Assembly (NCBI GenBank): GCA_959598745.1
Contig: CAUGFN010000002.1
Location: 1 to 55,065, forward strand
From: an uncultured Eubacteriales bacterium
GTDB lineage: Bacteria; Bacillota; Clostridia; TANB77; UBA1234
Length of the DNA stretch: 55,065 nt
Direction of reading: 5' to 3'
Under the pieces are notes generated by a model. It made no database searches and was not told where the DNA came from. It was given only the letters and a program-made list of their open reading frames with translations. Shown piece by piece: positions 1 through 9,795 of the stretch (position 1 is the first letter of the stretch; the number at the start of each line of letters is the position of its first letter). The translations under genes were made by a program, and so were the position numbers.

Positions 1-2
1 AT

Positions 3-203
3 GAATGTGTTGTAAGAATAGTTGCATTATCTGGAGGATATGATATTGAAAAAGCAGTTGAATTACTTGCTAAAAACAATAGAATGATAGCTAGCTTCTC
101 AAGAGCATTATTACAAGACTTAAATGTTCATCAAACACCAGAAGAGTTTGATGCTAAATTAAATGATGTAATTGTTAAAATATATAACGCATCAATAACG
201 TAA
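3..203 (+). CDS. 3' end of a class I fructose-bisphosphate aldolase-like gene (starts upstream of the window)
   Basis: Frame is open from the window edge to TAA at 201-203. Translation ECVVRIVALSGGYDIEKAVELLAKNNRMIASFSRALLQDL... resembles, from memory, the C-terminus of Firmicutes class I FBP aldolase. A hairpin terminator follows. Confidence 0.5.
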   Translation, partial: ECVVRIVALSGGYDIEKAVELLAKNNRMIASFSRALLQDLNVHQTPEEFDAKLNDVIVKIYNASIT

Positions 204-216
204 AAAGTAGTGCATA

Positions 217-252
217 AAAGTGGAGCGAAAATAAAGTGTCGACTCCACTTTT
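217..252 (+). terminator. Rho-independent terminator
   Basis: Stem aaagtggag (217-225) pairs with ctccacttt (243-251) and runs into a T tract. Confidence 0.7.
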
Positions 253-279
253 GTAATAAAAACATTGGAAGGAAAAAAG

Positions 280-711
280 ATGGAAGATACTTATGAGTTT
301 AGGCGAATTATAGAAGAATTGCTAAAAAACAAAAGAGTACAAGAAATGAAAAAGTATAGGCAACATTTTAATAGAAGTTGCTATGAGCATTGCTTTTTTG
401 TTGCATATGTATCATATAAAACAGCAAAAAAATTAGGCTGGGATTATAAATCGATTACTAGGGCCGCAATGTTACATGACTTCTTCTTATATGATTGGCG
501 AAAGGATGATGGATGGCATAAATGGCATGCTTTTAAGCATGGAAAATTTGCCCTCAAAAATGCTATAAAAGAATTTAATCTAACAGACCAAGAAAAAGAC
601 ATGATAAAAAAGCACATGTGGCCAGTAACAATAATACCACCAAGAACAAAAGAAGGATTTTTATTAACATTTATAGACAAGTACTGTGCCTTAATGGAAA
701 TGGTGAGGTAG
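280..711 (+). CDS. HD-domain phosphohydrolase
   Basis: ORF 265..711. The likely start is ATG 280, after the GGAAGGA Shine-Dalgarno-like sequence. The MLHDFF..W..H...KHG..A pattern is typical of small HD-domain proteins. Confidence 0.65.
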   Translation: MEDTYEFRRIIEELLKNKRVQEMKKYRQHFNRSCYEHCFFVAYVSYKTAKKLGWDYKSITRAAMLHDFFLYDWRKDDGWHKWHAFKHGKFALKNAIKEFNLTDQEKDMIKKHMWPVTIIPPRTKEGFLLTFIDKYCALMEMVR

Positions 712-764
712 ATTTTTATAGTGAGATTCGATTGCAAAATTGAATGGTAAATAAGGGTGGGAAA

Positions 765-1844
765 ATGAATAAAAAAATTGTATGTTTTTTGTTAGTTTTA
801 TTATGTGTTTGTGGATTTTTTATATTTAAAATGAAAAGTTCAGATATTGAACAAGAAAGCAATGTAAATTACGTGCTTTTTTATAGTTCTCTATTTGACT
901 ACAGCCAAAATAAAACATATATATGGGATGGAACAACTTTGAAAAGAAGTGAACAAAAATATAATTTCGGTTGTTACACTGCATATCCGGAAGAAAGCTT
1001 ATTAATTGCATGCAAGAAAATCGGATTTAATAGTCTTGACGATGTTAATACTGGGCTTGGTCAAGTGTATATATATGCTAAATATAATGATTATGAGGTT
1101 TATTTGCTAGAGGGAGAAAGATGGGCTGGAAATCCTTGTTATAATATTATATTTGTTTATAATGATGGAAATGTGCAATTATGTAGCTATAAGCATGAAA
1201 TAGAGGAAAGAGTAGACGATATATATAGTGATAATGATTTTTTATATCTATTTTCAGGTAAAGGAATTACAGACGATATAAAGATAATAAAAATTAATAC
1301 TAAAGATTATACTACGACTGATTACGTGATTGATTTTGATAAACTGAATATAGAAAAATTTGGTGTGTATATAAATTCTTCTACTATCATAAATGGCAAC
1401 ATATTTTTCGCAAATAGAAGTACTGGAATATATAGTGCTAATGTGATAAAATATAACATAAACACACAAGAGTATGAATTGCATAAATTAGATGATAGAC
1501 AGGTTCAATGCTTAAATGTCATGAATGGAGATTTATACATTGTAACAAAAAAGATAAGAGATGGAAACTTTAAAGATATATATATTGAAAAATATGATGA
1601 AAATTTTAATATGTTATCGCAAGAGAAAATTGAGATTGATAATTATATAAATGAAGATTATTCGGTGGATTCACGAGATACTCATCGAATGTGCAATGGC
1701 AAAGTATATGGTGTTATTAGTTCAATTGATAATAGGAATGTAAATTATATTTATACATACGATATTAATGAAAGAAAAATCACATTTTGGAAAGAGTTAA
1801 AAGACAACTTGGTTTTAGTGGATATAATGATACAAGAAAAATAA
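765..1844 (+). CDS. Hypothetical membrane-anchored or secreted protein
   Basis: ORF 744..1844. ATG 765 follows AAGGGTGGG. N-terminus MNKKIVCFLLVLLCVCGFFIF is a signal or anchor sequence. I recognise no family. Confidence 0.6.
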   Translation: MNKKIVCFLLVLLCVCGFFIFKMKSSDIEQESNVNYVLFYSSLFDYSQNKTYIWDGTTLKRSEQKYNFGCYTAYPEESLLIACKKIGFNSLDDVNTGLGQVYIYAKYNDYEVYLLEGERWAGNPCYNIIFVYNDGNVQLCSYKHEIEERVDDIYSDNDFLYLFSGKGITDDIKIIKINTKDYTTTDYVIDFDKLNIEKFGVYINSSTIINGNIFFANRSTGIYSANVIKYNINTQEYELHKLDDRQVQCLNVMNGDLYIVTKKIRDGNFKDIYIEKYDENFNMLSQEKIEIDNYINEDYSVDSRDTHRMCNGKVYGVISSIDNRNVNYIYTYDINERKITFWKELKDNLVLVDIMIQEK

Positions 1845-1898
1845 TGAAAGCATTTGAATTTTTTGAAAAAGTCTTAATAAAACGAAAGGAGAAAATGC

Positions 1899-2564
1899 AT
1901 GATAAACAAAAACGAAATTTTAAGCAAGGTTGACCATACATTTTTAAAACAAACTGCAACTTGGAATGATATAAGGGAATTGTGTGATGATGCGATAAGA
2001 TACAATACAGCTTCTGTATGCATTCCACCTAGCTTTGTTAAAAAAGCCAAAGAGTATGTGAATGAAAAGATGAAAGTGTGTACTGTTATAGGTTTTCCAA
2101 ATGGATATAATACAACAGATGTAAAGGTTTTTGAAACAAGTAATGCAATTCAAAATGGTGCGGATGAAATAGATATGGTGATAAACATTGGAATGTTAAA
2201 GGAAAAAGAATATGATGCAATATTAAATGAAATTAACGAGATAAAAAAGGCATGTGGTGATAAGATTTTAAAAGTTATAATAGAAACATGTTTGCTAACA
2301 GAAGAAGAAAAGATAAAGATGTGTGATATTGTTTCAAATTCTAATGCCGATTTTATTAAGACGTCAACAGGCTTTTCTACTGCAGGGGCTACTATAGAGG
2401 ATATAAAATTATTCAAAAAGCATATTAAAAATGATAAGAAAATAAAAGCAGCTGGAGGCATATCTTCATTTGAAGATGCTGAAAGATTTATAGAAGAAGG
2501 AGCTTCAAGGCTAGGCACAAGCAGACTTGTAAAAATAGAAAAAAGCAATGAACAAACTTTATAG
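1899..2564 (+). CDS. deoC: Deoxyribose-phosphate aldolase
   Basis: 221 aa with DHTFLK, VCIPP, VIGFPNG, IKTSTGF (active-site Lys) and KAAGGI motifs characteristic of DeoC. Confidence 0.9.
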   Translation: MINKNEILSKVDHTFLKQTATWNDIRELCDDAIRYNTASVCIPPSFVKKAKEYVNEKMKVCTVIGFPNGYNTTDVKVFETSNAIQNGADEIDMVINIGMLKEKEYDAILNEINEIKKACGDKILKVIIETCLLTEEEKIKMCDIVSNSNADFIKTSTGFSTAGATIEDIKLFKKHIKNDKKIKAAGGISSFEDAERFIEEGASRLGTSRLVKIEKSNEQTL

Positions 2565-2629
2565 ATTATTAAAAGTAATATAACTAAAAGGGGGTAAGGC
2601 AAAAACAGCTTTATCCCTTAAAAAATGTC

Positions 2630-2659
2630 TTGACAATTGAATAACTATTCAATTATAAT
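2630..2659 (+). promoter_or_regulatory. Sigma-A type promoter with an embedded ArsR/SmtB-type operator
   Basis: TTGACA (2630-2635), an 18-nt spacer, then TATAAT (2654-2659). The spacer is a perfect inverted repeat, ATTGAATA-ac-TATTCAAT (2636-2653). Confidence 0.7.
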
Positions 2660-2706
2660 GTAATTAAGATGATTGAATGTTTGTTCAACTAAAAAGGAGT
2701 GATTAT

Positions 2707-3066
2707 ATGTCAAGAAACGAATTCATATGCGATTGCAATGTTATACATGATGAAGTTGTTGAAAATACAATAAAAGAAATGCCAAAAGAAGATACATTTA
2801 ATAAGATAGCCGAGTTTTTTAAAATTCTTGGCGATACAACAAGAACTAAAATTTTATTTGCACTTGATTTAAATGAAATGTGCGTGTGTGATATTGCAAA
2901 TGTTTTAGGTATGACCAAATCTTCAATTTCGCACCAACTTGGTACGCTTAGAAGAATGAATATAGTAAAATGCAGAAAAGTTGGTAAAGAAGTTTATTAT
3001 GCTTTAGATGATGAACATATCAAACAAGTATTTGAAGTGGCACTTGAACACATAGAGCATAAATAA
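2707..3066 (+). CDS. ArsR/SmtB family metal-sensing transcriptional repressor (CadC/CzrA-like)
   Basis: ATG 2707 follows AAGGAG. Winged-helix signature LNEMCVCDIANVLGMTKSSISHQLGTLRRMNIV. Sits directly upstream of the HMA and P1B-ATPase genes. Confidence 0.85.
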   Translation: MSRNEFICDCNVIHDEVVENTIKEMPKEDTFNKIAEFFKILGDTTRTKILFALDLNEMCVCDIANVLGMTKSSISHQLGTLRRMNIVKCRKVGKEVYYALDDEHIKQVFEVALEHIEHK

Positions 3067-3086
3067 TAAATATGGGAGTGGTTTTT

Positions 3087-3311
3087 ATGAAAAAAGATGT
3101 TTATAAAATTAGTGGTTTAGATTGTGCAGCATGTGCATTAGAGTTAGAAGAAAAAATAGCGGACATAGACGGAATTGAAAATGCTTCAATATCATTTATG
3201 AGCGAGAAATTAACAATGGAATTAGATGACACAAGAGAAAATGAGATTATAGAAAAAGTAAAAAAAGTTATAAAGAAAGAAGAGCCAGATGTTACTATAG
3301 AGAAAATTTAG
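3087..3311 (+). CDS. Heavy-metal-associated (HMA) domain metallochaperone-like protein
   Basis: YKISGLDCAACALELEEKI is the GxxCxxC HMA motif. The likely start is ATG 3087, after GGGAGTGG. The track ORF starts at 3072. Confidence 0.75.
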   Translation: MKKDVYKISGLDCAACALELEEKIADIDGIENASISFMSEKLTMELDDTRENEIIEKVKKVIKKEEPDVTIEKI

Positions 3312-3323
3312 GAGGCTATGCTT

Positions 3324-5174
3324 ATGAAAAAAAGATTATGTTTTATCATTGCTTCGGTAATATTATTTGCGTTTTCTATGATTGTCAAATTCGAAAATGT
3401 ATGGATAAATAATATTATATTTTTAATAAGCTATTTATTAGTCGGAATAAAAATATTAAAAAAAGCGATTAAGAATATTTTAAGAGGAAAGGTTTTTGAT
3501 GAAAACTTTCTTATGTCGCTTGCAACTGTTGGAGCATTTGCAGTTGGAGAATTTCCTGAAGCTGCAATGGTAATGATTTTATACCAAATAGGAGAGTTAT
3601 TCCAAGACTATGCTGTAAATAAATCGAGAAAATCGATAGCAAGTTTGATGGATATAAGGTCAGACTACGCAAATGTGTATAGAGATGATAAAATCGAAAA
3701 AGTAAATCCAAGCGAAGTAGCGATAGGAGAAATTATAGTTATAAAACCGGGCGAAAAAATACCACTAGATGGAACAGTAGTAGAGGGTACATCAATGCTT
3801 GACAATTCAGCATTAACTGGTGAATCAGTTCCAAGAAAAATAGAAGTTGGCGACGATGCTTTAAGTGGAACGATAAACGAGACAGGTTTAATAAAAGTGA
3901 AAGTAACAAAACCATTTGGAGAATCTACTGTTAATAAAATTCTAGATTTAGTTGAAAATGCAAGTAGTAAAAAATCAAAGTCAGAAAAGTTTATCACTAA
4001 ATTTGCAAAATACTATACTCCAACTGTTGTTATAATAGCGGTAATAATAGCGTTAATACCGCCACTAATAATTCAAGATGCAACATTTAAAGACTGGATA
4101 TATAAAGCATTGTCGTTCTTAGTTGTTTCTTGTCCTTGTGCACTTGTAATATCAATTCCTCTTGGATTTTTTGGTGGAATTGGAGGCGCATCTAAACTTG
4201 GTATCTTAATAAAAGGAAGTAATGCGTTAGAGGCTTTGGCAGACGTTGAAACTGTTGTTTTTGACAAAACAGGTACACTTACAAAAGGTGTGTTTGAGGT
4301 TCAAGATGTAAAAAATGTTGAGATAGAAAAAGAAGAATTAGTAAGACTTGTTGCACATGCTGAAAAGTTTTCAACGCACCCGGTAGCAGAGTCTGTAAAG
4401 AGATTCTATAATAACGAAATTGATGAAAACATAATTGGTAACATAGAAGAAATTGGCGGATACGGAATAATTGCAAATATAGAAAATAAAGAGGTATTAG
4501 TTGGAAATGATAAACTAATGGCAAAGAAAAATATTGCTTACGAAAAATGTGGTGAAGCAGGAACAATACTTTATGTTGCAATAGACAATAAATTTGCAGG
4601 ATATATTTTAATTTCGGATAAAATAAAAGACGATTCTGAAAAAGCATTAAAAGAACTTAAAAAAATGAACATTAAAAAGACAGTAATGCTAACAGGTGAC
4701 AGAAAAGAAGTAGCTAATAGCGTGGGCAAAAAATTAAAGTTAGATGAAGTATTTTCAGAATTATTGCCAGATGGAAAAGTAGAAAAAGTAGAAGAACTAA
4801 TGAAAGTAAAATCATCAAAAGGAAAGCTTGCTTTTGTTGGTGATGGAATAAATGATGCCCCAGTACTTGTAGTATCAGATGTTGGTATAGCAATGGGAGG
4901 CCTTGGCAGTGATGCTGCGATAGAGGCAGCAGATATTGTAATAATGACAGACGAACCATCAAATATAAGTAAGGCAATAAAGATTGCAAAGAAGACAATG
5001 AGGATAGTAAAAGAAAATATAGTTTTTGCACTTGCAGTAAAGTTTATAGTGCTTTTACTAACAGTAATTGGAGTTTCAACAATGTGGGAAGCTGTTTTTG
5101 CAGATGTTGGTGTATCAGTAATTGCAATATTAAATTCGCTTAGAATGTTACATGTAAAGAGTTTTAAAAATTAA
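3324..5174 (+). CDS. Heavy-metal translocating P1B-type ATPase (Cd/Zn/Co type, CadA/ZntA-like)
   Basis: CPC transmembrane motif (VVSCPCALVIS), DKTGTLT phosphorylation site, GDGINDAP hinge. ATG 3324 lies 8 nt after AGGAGG. The track ORF starts at 3318. Confidence 0.9.
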   Translation: MKKRLCFIIASVILFAFSMIVKFENVWINNIIFLISYLLVGIKILKKAIKNILRGKVFDENFLMSLATVGAFAVGEFPEAAMVMILYQIGELFQDYAVNKSRKSIASLMDIRSDYANVYRDDKIEKVNPSEVAIGEIIVIKPGEKIPLDGTVVEGTSMLDNSALTGESVPRKIEVGDDALSGTINETGLIKVKVTKPFGESTVNKILDLVENASSKKSKSEKFITKFAKYYTPTVVIIAVIIALIPPLIIQDATFKDWIYKALSFLVVSCPCALVISIPLGFFGGIGGASKLGILIKGSNALEALADVETVVFDKTGTLTKGVFEVQDVKNVEIEKEELVRLVAHAEKFSTHPVAESVKRFYNNEIDENIIGNIEEIGGYGIIANIENKEVLVGNDKLMAKKNIAYEKCGEAGTILYVAIDNKFAGYILISDKIKDDSEKALKELKKMNIKKTVMLTGDRKEVANSVGKKLKLDEVFSELLPDGKVEKVEELMKVKSSKGKLAFVGDGINDAPVLVVSDVGIAMGGLGSDAAIEAADIVIMTDEPSNISKAIKIAKKTMRIVKENIVFALAVKFIVLLLTVIGVSTMWEAVFADVGVSVIAILNSLRMLHVKSFKN

Positions 5175-5323
5175 AATTGAAAATATTATTTTAAATAATT
5201 AAGAGATGTGTATGAGGTGAACATTAAAAATTCACAACAAAAAACATCTCTTTTATTTTTAATTTCTTGTTTTTCGTATATAATTATAAGATAAGAAATA
5301 AAATGCGATTGGAGTTAGCACAA

Positions 5324-6034
5324 ATGAAAAGAATTTTAAAAATAATCCTTAGAGCTTTGTTTATAATATTAATATTGTTTGTTGGTGTTATAGCATTTTA
5401 CACAATAAAAGGATATAGCGTATATGTGGATGCTTTAAATAAGGTTAGTATAGAACAGAAAGTAAAGGATATTAAATCCAAAAAAGAATATACAAAATTT
5501 GAAGAGGTTCCTAAAATTTATGTTAGTGCGGTACTTGCAGTTGAAGACCATAGATTTTATGAACATAGAGGAATAGATTTGATAGCAATAACAAGAGCGA
5601 TTGTAAATGATATTAAGGCTGGAAAACTTGTAGAAGGCGGAAGTACAATCACACAGCAACTTGCTAAAAATATATATTTTACGCAAGAGAGAAAAATAGA
5701 AAGAAAAATTGCAGAGATGTTTATGGCATTTAAATTAGAGTCGAAATTAGATAAGAATGAAATTTTGGAATTATACTTTAATACAAGTTACTATGGAGAT
5801 GGTTATTATACTCTTAAAGAAGCAAGCAAAGGTTATTTTGGAAAGTTGCCAAGTGAAATGACACCATATGAATCGACATTGCTTGCCGGTATTCCAAATG
5901 CTCCTAGTGTGTATGCGCCAACTAAAAATCCTAAACTTGCTCTTCAAAGGCAAAAACAAGTTATAAGCAAAATGATTGCATATGATTATATTAGTGAAGA
6001 AGAAGGCGAAGAGATTTTAAAGTCTCTTAAATAG
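5324..6034 (+). CDS. Monofunctional peptidoglycan glycosyltransferase (GT51)
   Basis: AVEDHRFYEHRGID, GGSTITQQLAKN and RKIxE motifs of GT51 transglycosylases, with an N-terminal TM helix. ATG 5324 follows GGAG. The start could also be 5303. Confidence 0.8.
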   Translation: MKRILKIILRALFIILILFVGVIAFYTIKGYSVYVDALNKVSIEQKVKDIKSKKEYTKFEEVPKIYVSAVLAVEDHRFYEHRGIDLIAITRAIVNDIKAGKLVEGGSTITQQLAKNIYFTQERKIERKIAEMFMAFKLESKLDKNEILELYFNTSYYGDGYYTLKEASKGYFGKLPSEMTPYESTLLAGIPNAPSVYAPTKNPKLALQRQKQVISKMIAYDYISEEEGEEILKSLK

Positions 6035-6036
6035 AT

Positions 6037-6090
6037 AAAAGTACCGATAAAATGGCGAATAACAAATCCAGCTATTTTATTGGTACTTTT
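6037..6090. terminator. Bidirectional hairpin terminator between convergent genes
   Basis: aaaagtaccgataaaat (6037-6053) pairs with attttattggtactttt (6074-6090), with one G-U pair. A and T runs flank it on both sides. Confidence 0.65.
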
Positions 6091-6145
6091 TAATTTAGTA
6101 AAAACATGATTGCCTTTGTGCTACTACAATATTTAATTCAAAAAT

Positions 6146-6959
6146 TTATCCTAACGCAACATCAAGTATCATCATAAGAATAAATCCTCCCACTAATCCG
6201 AGCGTAGATAAATTTTTGTTTTCTTTTACTGATTCTGGTAATAGCTCACGTGCTACAACTGTAATCATTGCACCTGCTGCGAATGATAATAAAAATGGTA
6301 GAATACTTCGTATTTTTAAAACTAGTAATACACCTATAACTGCAGATATTGGTTCAACTAATGCTGATGCCTGACCATACATAAAGCTTTTAAATTTGCT
6401 AAGGCCTTCACTTCTAAGAGGCAAAGAAACCGCCGCACCTTCGGGAAAATTTTGAATTCCTATTCCTATTGCAAGCATGATTGCACCGATTAAAGTCATT
6501 CCTGGTATTCCGCTCGCAATTCCGCCAAAAGCAACGCCAACAGCCATTCCTTCAGGTATATTATGAATTGTGATTGCAGAAACAAGAAGTACACATCTTT
6601 TAAAAGAAGAGGCATCATCAATATTTTTCTTTTTTTGCAATACTCTATCCAAAAGTTTATCCGAAAACAATACAAATAATCCGCCTGTTGTAAATCCGAT
6701 AGAAGGTAAAAGCCATTCTATGTATCCGGAGTTCGGCAGACAAGTCAAGTGATGGTATTAGAAGCGACCAAAAGGCGGCTGCTAGCATCACACCAGCACT
6801 AAAGCCAAGGATTGTATCTAAAACTTTTTGATTTAATTCTTTAAAAAAGCAAACAGTAAGTGCACCAAGAGCCGTAATTCCCCATGTGAATATGGTGGCA
6901 ATAAAAGCTTGTAGTATAGGGTTTAATTGTTCAAACCAATCCAAATGTTTCACCTCCAC
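6146..6959 (-). CDS. ZIP family (ZupT/GufA-like) metal transporter, interrupted: needs a +1 shift at the in-frame CGG (6728..6726)
   Basis: Two overlapping track ORFs (6657..6959 and 6146..6748) carry the N- and C-terminal halves of one ZIP protein (GFSAGVMLAAAFWSLLIPS ... HNIPEGMAVGVAFG ... QNFPEGAAV). Reading gaa ctc C gga tac ata gaa tgg joins them as AEL-G-YIEWLLPSIGF. Confidence 0.75.
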
Positions 6960-7089
6960 ATTACATGATATGAGAATATTGTAGAAGTGTTACGAAAAAT
7001 AAGTCATTACTAAAATAAAACTTTTTTCTATTTACTTATATTGTTTTAAATGATAACATAATTTATATATTGGAAAAGGGGGAAATGAT

Positions 7090-8049
7090 ATGAAAAAAGG
7101 TATGACGATTTTATTATCAATAGTAGTTGTTATTGCCGTTTTACTTGGTTGTGTTTGGGCATATAAACATTTTACAGCAAAAGAGGAGATACCAACCAAA
7201 AGTGGAGATGTTATTACTGATGTAAGCAAAGAAAGTGGAGAAAAGGCAAACGATGAGCCTATATTTACAAATGAAACATACCCTAAGATTGATGCTTCAC
7301 TTGCAATTCAACCACTTGCAGAAGAATTGAGAAAAAACTTTATTGGACCAACAGCCGATGATGTAGAAATCGAATATCTAAATACACATTATGGTTTTTT
7401 AGGAGTTGTTGATGGAACGAGAGATGTATGCTTTATGTCATATCCATCTGACGAGGAAATGGCATATGCAAGAGAAAAAGGTGTTGAATTAGAAATTGTT
7501 AGAGCAACAAATTCTGCTTTTGTATTCATAGTTAATATAGATAATCCAGTTGAGGGACTAACACTAGAACAAATAAGAGACATTTATTCAGGAAAGATTA
7601 CAAACTGGAAAGAAGTTGGTGGCGAAGATGCTGAAATAATACCATACCAAAGACCGGTAAATTCAGGAAGTCAATCAGGTATGTTACAATTAGTTATGAA
7701 AGACACACCCCTTATGAATCCTCCTTCAACGGAATTAACAGTTGGTATGGGAGATTTAGTTGATGCTATTGCTGAATATGATAATTCGAAATATGCACTT
7801 GGTTATTCATATTACTATTATGTAAACACGATGTATAAAAGAGATACAATAAAAATACTTGCTATTGATGGAATACCTGCATCTATTCCATCAATAAAAA
7901 GCGGAGAGTACCCAATTATGACAGCTGGTTGGCTTGTATACAGAAAAGACGAACCTAAAGATAGCAACACAAGGAAATGGGTTGAAGCTGTAACATCAGA
8001 TAGAGGTGGTAAAATTATAGAGGATGCAGGATATGTTCCTGCTAATTAG
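7090..8049 (+). CDS. PstS-family periplasmic binding protein-like lipoprotein or secreted protein
   Basis: N-terminal anchor, then LTLEQIRDIYSGKITNWKEVGG ... RPVNSGSQ, typical of PBP-like (PstS family) substrate-binding domains. Confidence 0.65.
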   Translation: MKKGMTILLSIVVVIAVLLGCVWAYKHFTAKEEIPTKSGDVITDVSKESGEKANDEPIFTNETYPKIDASLAIQPLAEELRKNFIGPTADDVEIEYLNTHYGFLGVVDGTRDVCFMSYPSDEEMAYAREKGVELEIVRATNSAFVFIVNIDNPVEGLTLEQIRDIYSGKITNWKEVGGEDAEIIPYQRPVNSGSQSGMLQLVMKDTPLMNPPSTELTVGMGDLVDAIAEYDNSKYALGYSYYYYVNTMYKRDTIKILAIDGIPASIPSIKSGEYPIMTAGWLVYRKDEPKDSNTRKWVEAVTSDRGGKIIEDAGYVPAN

Positions 8050-8075
8050 AAAACTAAAAAAGGGGGGCAAAAATT

Positions 8076-9650
8076 TTGAAGAAAACGATAATTGGATTGA
8101 TTGTTTTTACAATACTTGCTGTTTCAACTACGGTAATACTTATAATAGAAGAAAATAAAATTAAAAATGTTACACCTAACATTCCTAAAGAAGAGATTGA
8201 GACAGAGATTGGTACAAAAAGAAATCAAAAGTATAATCAAAATGACTTAGAGATTATCAGAAAAAATGTTGATGGAATAGTAGAATATCAATCTATAAGA
8301 ATATCAGGATTGAAGAATAAAGAGATTGAAAACAAAATAAATAATGAAATAGCTCAAACGGAAGAAGAATTTGTTAAGCTACTTAGCAATTTTGAAGAAG
8401 GTGAACACAGATATATTAATGAATATGTGGCAGCAAATTTTTCAAATATACTCTCGATAAGTATGGAGGCAAGCTCGTATAGTTCATTTGATTCAATAGA
8501 AAAGGAAAAATATTTAAATTACGATTTAACTACTGGAAATAAAATTGAATTAAAAGATTTGTTTTTGCCTAACGCAGACATAGATAGATATGCCAGAGAA
8601 TATATATACAAGGACGCGCTACATGAAGCTTTTTCTAAAACTAATGTGTTTTTTGACGATAAGTATTGGGAAGATGGCAAATGCACATATTTCACAAATG
8701 AATTAGATGAGGCTAATTACATTAAAAGATTTACTAGATATAAGAATGCCAAAAAAGATTTTTATATAGGGGGAAATTACATATACATTCAGTACGGTAA
8801 AGAATGGAACGATTCTATATGTATAAAATATAAAGATTGTCTAAACGATCTAGTTGTTTATACAAAGTTTGTTACAAAAGATAGTATATTCGAAAGAGAT
8901 GATATAGGTTTTAAAGATTTATATGTATGTTCTATTGTTGAACCATATACGGAGAAATATAGCTATAATGTAGGAGACGTTACCTCTAATTTTAGAATAG
9001 ATTCTAGAATGCAATCTTGGGTATCTGGAAGGTACGAATCGGGCGAAATATTTAATTCGATTTTTAAGACTGCCGAATCAGAAGTAAAAAATAAAAAAAC
9101 ACAAGTTTTATTAGAAGCAAATAAAAACGATGATAAATATTATTATTTAGGAATAAGCACAATATTCCATGATATTACTATTGGAACACCAGGAACAGAA
9201 GATATTGTAGTAGGATTTGTGAAAAGTAAAATTGAAACTTTATATGAAGTTAGTATGGACGATTTTAAAAACTTTTTTGAAGAAAAAATGGTAGATGCAT
9301 GCACTAATGGAATGTACTATAATGATGAAGCATTTTATTTGAAAATTAATTTAAATGATGAAGAAAAAAATAAATGCAAATGCTATGAAAACGTTACCAC
9401 AGAAGTGTATAGAGCTAGCGATGGAGAAAAGATAAACAGCTTAGATGATTTATTTGTCATAGGATATGACTATATTTCTGTAATTCAAAATAAGCTACTG
9501 GAAAGAGGCTTTACAAAAGAAGAAATATTAGAAAAAATTCAAAATCAAGAATATACGATTTTAAAATATGGAGTGGAATTTAAAAAATCAGATGACGAAA
9601 CATGTTTTGTGGATTATAGTGATTTTTCTGCTGAAGGATTTAAGCATTAA
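8076..9650 (+). CDS. Hypothetical membrane-anchored protein (N-terminal part loosely DUF4163/DUF3298-like)
   Basis: 524-aa ORF with a TTG start after AAGGGGGG and a single N-terminal TM helix. The family assignment is tentative. Confidence 0.55.
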   Translation: MKKTIIGLIVFTILAVSTTVILIIEENKIKNVTPNIPKEEIETEIGTKRNQKYNQNDLEIIRKNVDGIVEYQSIRISGLKNKEIENKINNEIAQTEEEFVKLLSNFEEGEHRYINEYVAANFSNILSISMEASSYSSFDSIEKEKYLNYDLTTGNKIELKDLFLPNADIDRYAREYIYKDALHEAFSKTNVFFDDKYWEDGKCTYFTNELDEANYIKRFTRYKNAKKDFYIGGNYIYIQYGKEWNDSICIKYKDCLNDLVVYTKFVTKDSIFERDDIGFKDLYVCSIVEPYTEKYSYNVGDVTSNFRIDSRMQSWVSGRYESGEIFNSIFKTAESEVKNKKTQVLLEANKNDDKYYYLGISTIFHDITIGTPGTEDIVVGFVKSKIETLYEVSMDDFKNFFEEKMVDACTNGMYYNDEAFYLKINLNDEEKNKCKCYENVTTEVYRASDGEKINSLDDLFVIGYDYISVIQNKLLERGFTKEEILEKIQNQEYTILKYGVEFKKSDDETCFVDYSDFSAEGFKH

Positions 9651-9688
9651 TAAAATTTATGGATGAAGTTTAAATTTTGACTAGTAAT

Positions 9689-9726
9689 AAAGCACAGACT
9701 TTTTTAACAAAAGCCTGTGCTTTTAC
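9689..9726 (+). terminator. Rho-independent terminator
   Basis: aaagcacag (9689-9697) pairs with ctgtgcttt (9715-9723), followed by a T run. Confidence 0.6.
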
Positions 9727-9795
9727 TTGCTTTTTAGGATTCACTTTGATAAGATGTTTATTGTATGAATAGTTTAAATAAGAGGTGATTTTATA

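Noticed and set aside
2150-2602. Long antisense ORFs in the track (for example 2150..2602, 3665..3997, 4279..4647, 10830..11186, 11502..11888, 22165..22727 and 39768..40653)
   Set aside because: Each lies wholly inside, and opposite to, a gene with strong family motifs. They have low-complexity or odd composition and no SD. They are shadow ORFs.
6146-6748. Treating 6146..6748, 18065..18262, 18340..19554 and 28637..29074 as independent genes
   Set aside because: Each is the continuation of a conserved protein whose N-terminal part lies in the adjacent frame. Their track starts are alternative-codon artefacts or internal Met codons.
6985-7015. Possible Zur box upstream of the ZIP transporter (gttacgaaaaataagtcattac)
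   Set aside because: Only one half-site resembles TCGTAAT/ATTACGA. There is no 7-1-7 palindrome, so it is not supportable by eye.
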